Shown here one piece after another: positions 57,889-64,000 of a stretch of 64,000 nt of DNA (the first letter of the stretch is position 1; each line of letters starts with the position of its first letter). Location of the stretch: the NCBI GenBank assembly GCA_963776245.1, contig CAVZLN010000004.1, positions 96,001 through 160,000 on the forward strand, read 5' to 3'. The notes under the pieces were generated by a model. The model made no database searches. It was not told the DNA's origin and saw only the letters and a list, made by a program, of their open reading frames with translations. The translations under genes were made by a program, and so were the position numbers. The DNA is from Candidatus Eiseniibacteriota bacterium. Lineage in GTDB: Bacteria; Eisenbacteria; RBG-16-71-46.

Positions 57889-59382
57889 TTGCTCGGCGTG
57901 GCGTTCCTGTCGCCGCCCCTCGGACTCCTCGCATGGGGCGCGCTGGTCCCGCTGCTGGCGGCGCTGGCCGCGCGCCTCGACCGCGGCGCGCGCGCGCGCG
58001 CGCTGTTCGGCCTCGGCTGGGTGTTCGGGTTCGCCTTCTTCCTGATCGGCATCCACTGGATCGCGCTGCTCTCCGAGGTCGCCATCACCCTGCCGTGGCT
58101 GAAGTATCCGGCCTGGGTGCTGGCGGCGGCGTATCTCGGGGTGTTCCCCGGGCTCGCGACCCTGCTGGCGGGCGGACTGGCGCGGCGCACGCGCCTGCCG
58201 CTGGTGGTGGTGTTCGCGCCCGCGTGGCTCGCGATCGAGGTTCTGCGCGGCTCGGGCGAGCTGGGCTTCCCGTGGTTCGAAGCGGGCTACAGCCAGCACG
58301 CCTACACCCCGGTGGTGCAGCTCGCCTCGCTGGGTGGCGCGCGTCTGGTGACGCTCTGGGTGGTGACGCTCAACCTGCTCCTGTGGCGGGCACTCGCGGG
58401 CCGCGCCCGTTTGCGCTCGGCGCTCGGGTTCGCGCTCGCGCTCGCGTTCGCATTCGCGTGGGGCCAGCGGGTGCTCGACGCTGCGCCGCGGGGCGACGGC
58501 CCGTCGGTCGCGCTGGTGCAGGGGGACATCCCGGGCGAGATGAAGTGGTCGGGCCGCCATCAGCCCGAGATCCTGGGCCGGTTCCTCGCGCTCAGCGACA
58601 GCGCGGCCCGGCGCACGCCGCGGCCGATCCTCATCGTCTGGCCGGAGACCGCGACCGGCTCCTACCTGCGCAAGCAACTCGATCAGGCGCTCGCGGTCAC
58701 GAGCTTCGCCGCGCGCACCGGCATACCGGTCTTCAGCGGGTACGCGGACTGGGATCTGGGCAGCGGAGACAATCCGCGCGCGTACAACGCCGCGGGGGTG
58801 TTCTCGCCGGACGGTTCGCTCGGCACGCGCTACGCGAAGCGTCACCTGGTGCCGTTCGGGGAGCGCATGCCGTTCCAGTGGCTGGTCCCGGCGCTGGGGA
58901 AGGCGGACTTCGGCCAGGCCGAGTGGGCACCGGGCGATTCGACGGTGCTGTTCCCGAGCGCGGCCGGACCGTTCGGCTGCCTGGTGTGCTTCGAATCCAT
59001 CTTCGCCGACCTGGCGCGCTCGGACGTGCGCCACGGGGCGCGCTGGCTGGTGAACCTCACCAACGACGAGTGGTTCGGCAACAGCAGCGCGCTGCCGCAG
59101 CACGCCGCGATGGCGGTGTTCCGCGCGGTCGAGAACCGCGTGCCGCTGGCGCGCTGCGCCAACACCGGGATCACGATGATGGTGGACGCGAACGGGCGCG
59201 TCACCCGGCGCGCGCCGGTGTTCCGGCCGGAGGTGCTGGTGGCGCCGCTGCCCTTGCCGGGCCGTCCGACGCCATTCACCCGCATCGGGGACTGGCCGGG
59301 CGGTCTGGCGGTCGCCGCGTGCGCGGCGCTGGCGCTGGTGGCGCTGGCGCGGGCGTTGACAGGGCGCTTCTCGCGCCCCTAA
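57889..59382 (+). CDS. lnt: Apolipoprotein N-acyltransferase; true start probably near 57848
   Basis: GFPW, VQG, WPET, YAKRHLVPFGE, VCFES, TNDEWFG, RAVENR, NTGIT. Confidence 0.95.
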   Translation: MLGVAFLSPPLGLLAWGALVPLLAALAARLDRGARARALFGLGWVFGFAFFLIGIHWIALLSEVAITLPWLKYPAWVLAAAYLGVFPGLATLLAGGLARRTRLPLVVVFAPAWLAIEVLRGSGELGFPWFEAGYSQHAYTPVVQLASLGGARLVTLWVVTLNLLLWRALAGRARLRSALGFALALAFAFAWGQRVLDAAPRGDGPSVALVQGDIPGEMKWSGRHQPEILGRFLALSDSAARRTPRPILIVWPETATGSYLRKQLDQALAVTSFAARTGIPVFSGYADWDLGSGDNPRAYNAAGVFSPDGSLGTRYAKRHLVPFGERMPFQWLVPALGKADFGQAEWAPGDSTVLFPSAAGPFGCLVCFESIFADLARSDVRHGARWLVNLTNDEWFGNSSALPQHAAMAVFRAVENRVPLARCANTGITMMVDANGRVTRRAPVFRPEVLVAPLPLPGRPTPFTRIGDWPGGLAVAACAALALVALARALTGRFSRP

Positions 59383-59385
59383 CAT
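59356..59385 (+). promoter_or_regulatory. sigma70-type promoter for the asd operon
   Basis: TTGACA-N18-TAACAT. Confidence 0.7.
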
Positions 59386-59456
59386 GCGGCCTTCGCCGCC
59401 CGCCCCACACCCCTTCTGCGGAGCCCCGGTGCCGTGACGCCAACCCGGATGGGCGC

Positions 59457-60473
59457 ATGATCCGTTCCGTGGCCATCCTCGGCGCCACGGGACTCGTGGG
59501 CCGGGCCATGCTCGCGTGCCTCGAGGAGCGCGACTTTCCGTGCGCCGCGGTGCGCCTGCTCGCCAGCGACCGCGCCGCGGCGCGCACGCTCCCCTTCCGC
59601 GGCCGTGCCCTCCCCGTGGAACCGGTCACCGAACACGCGTTCGATGGGGTGGACTTCGCGCTGTTCGCGTCCTCCAACGAAGTGGCGCAGCGGTGGGCGC
59701 CGGTGGCGCGGGGCGCGGGCGCGTGCGTGATCGACAACAGCAGCGCGTTCCGATACCTCGACGACGTGCCGCTGGTCGTGCCCGAGGTCAACGGGGAACG
59801 ACTCGACCCGCGGCCGACGCTGATCGCGAACCCCAACTGCTCGACCATCGGCGTGGTCATGGCGCTGGCGCCGCTGGCGCGGGTGGCGCGACTCGAACGG
59901 GTCTCGGTCGCCACCTACCAGGCGGTCTCGGGCGCGGGCGCGGAGGCGAGCGAGGCGCTCGAGGCCGGGACGCGGGCGGGGCTCGACGGCCCTCCGCCGC
60001 CGCGCGAGGGCGGCCAGCCGCCGTTCGCGTTCAACGTGATCCCGCAGATCGACCGTTTCGAGGAGAACGGCTACACGCGCGAGGAGATGAAGGTGGTGTG
60101 GGAGACGCGCAAGATCCTCGGCCTGCCGTCCCTGCTGGTGACCTGCACCGCGGTGCGCGTGCCGGTGCGCGTGGGTCACTGCGCGGCGGTCGAGGCCATC
60201 TTCGATCCCGGCATCGGACCCGCGGAAGCGCGCCGGCTGTGGGCGTCGTTCCCCGGCGTGCGCGTGGTGGACGACCCCGCGCACCAGCGCTACCCGATGC
60301 CGCTGGACGCGGCGGGCCAGGACGCGGTGCTGGTCGGTCGCGCGCGACACGATCTCACGCATCCGCGCGGGCTGGTGTTCTTCTGCGCCTCCGACAATCT
60401 CCGCAAGGGCGCGGCGCTCAATGCCGTGCAGATCGCCGAAGTGGTGGCGCGGGCCGCGGCGGGCTCGCGATGA
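59457..60473 (+). CDS. asd: Aspartate-semialdehyde dehydrogenase
   Basis: GATGLVG, IDNSSAFR, PEVN, ANPNCST, TYQAVSGAG, DNLRKGAALNAVQIAE. Confidence 0.96.
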   Translation: MIRSVAILGATGLVGRAMLACLEERDFPCAAVRLLASDRAAARTLPFRGRALPVEPVTEHAFDGVDFALFASSNEVAQRWAPVARGAGACVIDNSSAFRYLDDVPLVVPEVNGERLDPRPTLIANPNCSTIGVVMALAPLARVARLERVSVATYQAVSGAGAEASEALEAGTRAGLDGPPPPREGGQPPFAFNVIPQIDRFEENGYTREEMKVVWETRKILGLPSLLVTCTAVRVPVRVGHCAAVEAIFDPGIGPAEARRLWASFPGVRVVDDPAHQRYPMPLDAAGQDAVLVGRARHDLTHPRGLVFFCASDNLRKGAALNAVQIAEVVARAAAGSR

Positions 60474-61243
60474 GGGCGGCGGCGGGCGGTCGCCGGGGCG
60501 GGCAGCGGGCCGCGCCGCCCGGGCCGCGGCGCGCGAGCGTCGGACTGCTCCTGCTCGGCGCGATGGCGGCCGCGCTGGTGGCGGGCCGCATCGAGAGCGC
60601 GCTGGGCGCGCTGGCGGTAGCGGCGGCCGCGGGCGCGTGGGCGGGCGCCACGCGGCCTTCCCGCGGGTGGTGGCTGGGCGTGGGGGGCGGCATGGCGATC
60701 GCGTTCGCGTTCAACCTGTGGCTGGTGGAAGGCCGGGCGATCGGGCTGCCGGTGGTGCTCGGGCACGCGGCCACGGCGGAGGGCGCGGGACTCGGCGCGC
60801 TGCTGGCACTGCGGCTCGCCGGAGCGGCGGTGGCGGTGCGCGGACTGCGGGCGGCGTGGCCGGGGGAGTGCGCGGCCGACGAGGCGGCGCGGCTGCTGCG
60901 GCCGCTCGAGCGCCTGCGCGTGCCGGTGCGCGAGCTGCGCGCGATGGTCGGGCTGGCGCTGCGCATGGCCCCGCTGCTGCGCGAGGAAGCGCGCCGCATC
61001 GGCCGGCTCCAGACGCTGCGGGCGGGGCGCGCGCCGCGCACGCTGGCCGAGCGCGTGACGCGGGCGCGCGCCACGCTGGTGCCGGCGCTGGTGGGCGCGC
61101 TCGAGCGGGCCGAGCAGGTGTCGCTCGCCCTCGAGGCGCGTCACTGGCGGTCGCGACCGGTGCCGCCCGGAGCCCCCGCGGGCGCCTGGGGAGTGGGAGG
61201 GGCGCTGCTGTTCGTGTTCTCGCTGTGCTGGCGGGCGCGGTGA
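60470..61243 (+). CDS. ECF transporter T component-like (EcfT/CbiQ), divergent
   Basis: TM N-terminus; LLRPL..LRVPV, LALRMAPLL-EE, QTLRA, LEARH coupling-helix motifs. Confidence 0.75.
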   Translation: MRAAAGGRRGGQRAAPPGPRRASVGLLLLGAMAAALVAGRIESALGALAVAAAAGAWAGATRPSRGWWLGVGGGMAIAFAFNLWLVEGRAIGLPVVLGHAATAEGAGLGALLALRLAGAAVAVRGLRAAWPGECAADEAARLLRPLERLRVPVRELRAMVGLALRMAPLLREEARRIGRLQTLRAGRAPRTLAERVTRARATLVPALVGALERAEQVSLALEARHWRSRPVPPGAPAGAWGVGGALLFVFSLCWRAR

Positions 61244-61986
61244 GGACGTTCCGACTGGTGGTCGCGTACGACGGTACCGCGTTCCACGGCTGGCAGCGCC
61301 AGCCGGCGCGGCGCACCGTGCAGGGCACGCTGGAGAGGGCATTGACCGAGGCGCTGGGGGACGAGCAGGTCCGCATCACCGGCGCCGGGCGCACCGACGC
61401 GGGGGTGCACGCGCGGGGCCAGGTGGCGAGCTTCTCGTCTCCGACCCGCCTGCCAGCCTCGGCGCTGGCCCCGGTGGTGAACCGCCGCCTGCCGGACGAC
61501 GTGTGGGTGCGCGCGGCCTCCGTGGCGGAGCCGGGGTTCAACGCCCGCCACGCGGCGATCGCGCGCCACTACGCCTACCATCTGGCGGGCGGGGAAGACG
61601 TGCTGCTGCGACGCATCGCGTGGTATCCGCGTCGCGCGCTCACGGTCGAGGCGCTGCATCGCGCGGTGCGCGAGCTCGAGGGGGAGCACGACTTCTCCGC
61701 GTTCCAGGCCACCGGCAGCACCGCGGTCACCCCGCGCTGCCATCTTCTGCGGGCGCGGGTGACGCCGTGGGAGACCGGAGCGCGCGTCGAGGTGACGGCG
61801 GATCATTTTCTCTACCACATGGTGCGCAACATCGTGGGCACCGCGGTCGCGGCCGCGGAGACGGACGATCCGGCCGCCGCGATGAGGGCGGTCCTCGCGT
61901 CGAGGGACCGCGGCCGCGGCGGGATCACCGCTCCGCCGCAGGGACTGGTGCTGGAGGCCGTGTTCTATCCGGGAGAAGAGCCATGA
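61240..61986 (+). CDS. truA: tRNA pseudouridine(38-40) synthase
   Basis: YDGTAFHGWQ, AGRTDAGVHARGQ, HDFSAF, FLYHMVR, TAPPQGL. Confidence 0.96.
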   Translation: MRTFRLVVAYDGTAFHGWQRQPARRTVQGTLERALTEALGDEQVRITGAGRTDAGVHARGQVASFSSPTRLPASALAPVVNRRLPDDVWVRAASVAEPGFNARHAAIARHYAYHLAGGEDVLLRRIAWYPRRALTVEALHRAVRELEGEHDFSAFQATGSTAVTPRCHLLRARVTPWETGARVEVTADHFLYHMVRNIVGTAVAAAETDDPAAAMRAVLASRDRGRGGITAPPQGLVLEAVFYPGEEP

Positions 61987-63146
61987 GCCGAGGACGCTTC
62001 AGATGGCCGGCGGCCGCCGCCGGATGGATGGCGCTGGCGCTGGCGGCGACCTGCGGGGCGCCCGGCGGGTGGCCCCGCGGCGTCGGGGCCGCGGTCGCGC
62101 ACGCGGGAGAGACCCTGTCCGGCAACCGGCGCACCGCCATCGTCACCGCCGCCCAGCGCGTCAGCCCGGCGGTGGTCTCGGTGAGCGTGGTCGCCACGCG
62201 CGTGGTGCGCTCGGATCCCTTCGGCGGGGCGCTCCGCGACGAGTTCTGGGAGCGCTTCTACCCGCAGTTGGAGCATCGGGAGCGGATCCCATCACTGGGG
62301 TCGGGGCTGATCGTGGATGCCAGCGGCGTGATCCTCACCAACGCCCATGTGGTGCGCGATGCCGAGGAGATCACCGTGACGCTCGGCGATGGACGGCAGC
62401 TGCCGGCCCGGGTGCTGGGCGGGAGCGTGACCTATGACCTCGCCGTGCTGAAGGTGGAGGGCAAGGGCCTGCCGGTGGCGCCGCTCGGGGACAGCGACGA
62501 TCTGGTCGTGGGGGAGTGGGCGATCGCGATCGGCAGCCCGTTCGGCTACCTGCTCAACGACACGCAGCCGACCGTGACCGCGGGCGTGGTGAGCGCCACC
62601 CGGCGCGACATCAAGTCCGAGGCCACGGTGAGTGGCGTGTACAAGAACATGATCCAGACCGATGCCGCGATCAATCCCGGGAACAGCGGGGGACCGCTGG
62701 TGAACGGGGATGGCGAGGTGATCGGGATCAACACGTTCATCTTCACGCAGGGGGGCGGCTCGATCGGGCTCGGGTTCGCGATCCCGGTGAACTTCGCGCG
62801 CCGGATCCTCGAGGAGATCCGGACCTACGGGCACGTGCGCGCCGCGTGGCCCGGCTTCCTGGTCCAGCCCGTGACACCGTATGTCGCCCAGCGCCTCGGG
62901 TTCAGCGACGTCGGCGGGCTGGTGGTCACGCGCGTGGAGCCGGGCGGGCCGGCCGAGAAGGCGGGCGTGCGCGTGGCGGACCGGCTGCGCAGCGTGAACG
63001 GCGCCCCCATCCGCTCGGTGGACGACGCGCAGGGCGCGATCTACGGCGCCGCCGTGGGGGACCGCCTGACGCTCGGCGTGGAGCGCGGCGGCAAGTCCCT
63101 CACCCTCACGGTGATCCTCGCCGAGGCGCCGCGGGGAACGCGATGA
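61983..63146 (+). CDS. HtrA/DegP-family serine protease, one PDZ domain
   Basis: GSG, LTNAHVV, DLAVLK, IQTDAAINPGNSGGPL. Confidence 0.95.
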   Translation: MSRGRFRWPAAAAGWMALALAATCGAPGGWPRGVGAAVAHAGETLSGNRRTAIVTAAQRVSPAVVSVSVVATRVVRSDPFGGALRDEFWERFYPQLEHRERIPSLGSGLIVDASGVILTNAHVVRDAEEITVTLGDGRQLPARVLGGSVTYDLAVLKVEGKGLPVAPLGDSDDLVVGEWAIAIGSPFGYLLNDTQPTVTAGVVSATRRDIKSEATVSGVYKNMIQTDAAINPGNSGGPLVNGDGEVIGINTFIFTQGGGSIGLGFAIPVNFARRILEEIRTYGHVRAAWPGFLVQPVTPYVAQRLGFSDVGGLVVTRVEPGGPAEKAGVRVADRLRSVNGAPIRSVDDAQGAIYGAAVGDRLTLGVERGGKSLTLTVILAEAPRGTR

Positions 63147-64000
63147 TCGAGCGCTACGCGCGCCCGGCGATGCGCGCGGTGTGGAGCGAGACGCACCGTC
63201 TCGAGCTGTGGCTCGAGGTCGAGCTGGCGGCGACCGCGGAGCGTGAGGCGCGCGGCGAGGTCCCGGCCGGGACGGTCGCTCGGGTGCGGGAGCGCGTCCG
63301 CCTCGACCCCGACCGGATGCTCGCGATCGAGGCCGAGGTGCACCACGATGTCATCGCGTTCCTCTCGATGGTGGCGGAGAGCGCGGGCGACGACGCGCGT
63401 CACCTGCACGCGGGGATGACGTCGTCGGACCTCACCGACACCGCGCTCGCGCTCCAGATCGTCGAGGCGGGGCGCGAGCTGGCGGGCGTCACCGCGCGGG
63501 TGCGCCGCGCGGCGTTCGCGCTCGCCGAGCGCCATCGCGACACGGCCATGGTGGGACGCACCCACGGCGTGCATGCCGAGCCGATCACGTTCGGTCTCAA
63601 GTGCCTGGGATGGAGCGAGGAGCTCGGACGATCGATCGCGCGGCTCGGGCAGGCGGTCGAGGGATGCGCGGTGGGCAAGTTCTCGGGCGCGGTCGGCACG
63701 TGCGCGCACCTGGCGCCGGCCATCGAGGAGGGCGCGCTGGCCCGGCTCGGCCTGGCCCCCGAGCCGGTGGCGAGCCAGATCGTGCAACGCGACCGACACG
63801 CGGCCCTGGGGGTGGCGCTGGCGGTGCTCGGCGGCACCCTCGAGCGCATCGCGCTCGAGGTGCGCCACCTCCAGCGCACGGAGGTGCGGGAGGCGGAGGA
63901 GCCGTTCGGCGAGAGGCAGAAGGGCTCGTCGGCGATGCCCCACAAGCGCAATCCGGTGCGATGCGAACGCGTGTGCGGGCTGGCGCGCGTGCTGCGCGGC
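63143..64000 (+). CDS. purB: Adenylosuccinate lyase, 3'-partial
   Basis: MIERY, HHDVIAF, TSSD, GRTHGVHAEP, QKGSSAMPHKRNP; absent from the ORF track because it runs off the window. Confidence 0.95.
   Translation, partial: MIERYARPAMRAVWSETHRLELWLEVELAATAEREARGEVPAGTVARVRERVRLDPDRMLAIEAEVHHDVIAFLSMVAESAGDDARHLHAGMTSSDLTDTALALQIVEAGRELAGVTARVRRAAFALAERHRDTAMVGRTHGVHAEPITFGLKCLGWSEELGRSIARLGQAVEGCAVGKFSGAVGTCAHLAPAIEEGALARLGLAPEPVASQIVQRDRHAALGVALAVLGGTLERIALEVRHLQRTEVREAEEPFGERQKGSSAMPHKRNPVRCERVCGLARVLRG

Overview
High-GC bacterial chromosomal segment (roughly 70-75% GC by eye) with about 60 genes, all on the + strand except one small gene at 46257-46607. It is mostly core genome: recJ-rel-dtd-maf; rplM-rpsI-rpsB-tsf-pyrH-frr-uppS-cdsA-dxr; two LPS-type glycosyltransferases and rseP; a TamA/TamB/peptidase-propeller-Omp85 outer-membrane cluster; pcrA-gatCAB; purD-purE-tsaC-LMW phosphatase-ilvE-rpiB-glyA; a MoxR/Bat operon; PTS EIIA plus zinc ribbon; CCA enzyme, prenyl synthase, rsfS, argS, pfkB; purM, a sigma54 activator, lnt, asd, ecfT, truA, htrA and purB. 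The organism is a diderm; an FCB-adjacent lineage is my impression only. I saw no rRNA, tRNA, CRISPR array or mobile element. The best novel candidate is a three-part module at 52345-54726: an unknown two-domain protein, a 16-aa peptide (MELIQEILILLSKAGW) missing from the ORF track with a perfect Shine-Dalgarno and a following hairpin, and a multi-TM HD-GYP phosphodiesterase. It may be a peptide-signal/c-di-GMP system. Other notable items: five mini-ORFs bridging genes by double RTGA overlaps, promoter hexamers overlapping upstream stop codons, a sigma54 promoter on an orphan gene plus a sensor-less enhancer-binding protein, altered catalytic motifs in ArgRS, the CCA enzyme and a Gfo/Idh/MocA protein, and several +1 frameshifts that are probably sequencing errors. 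All family assignments come from motif recognition; no searches were run.
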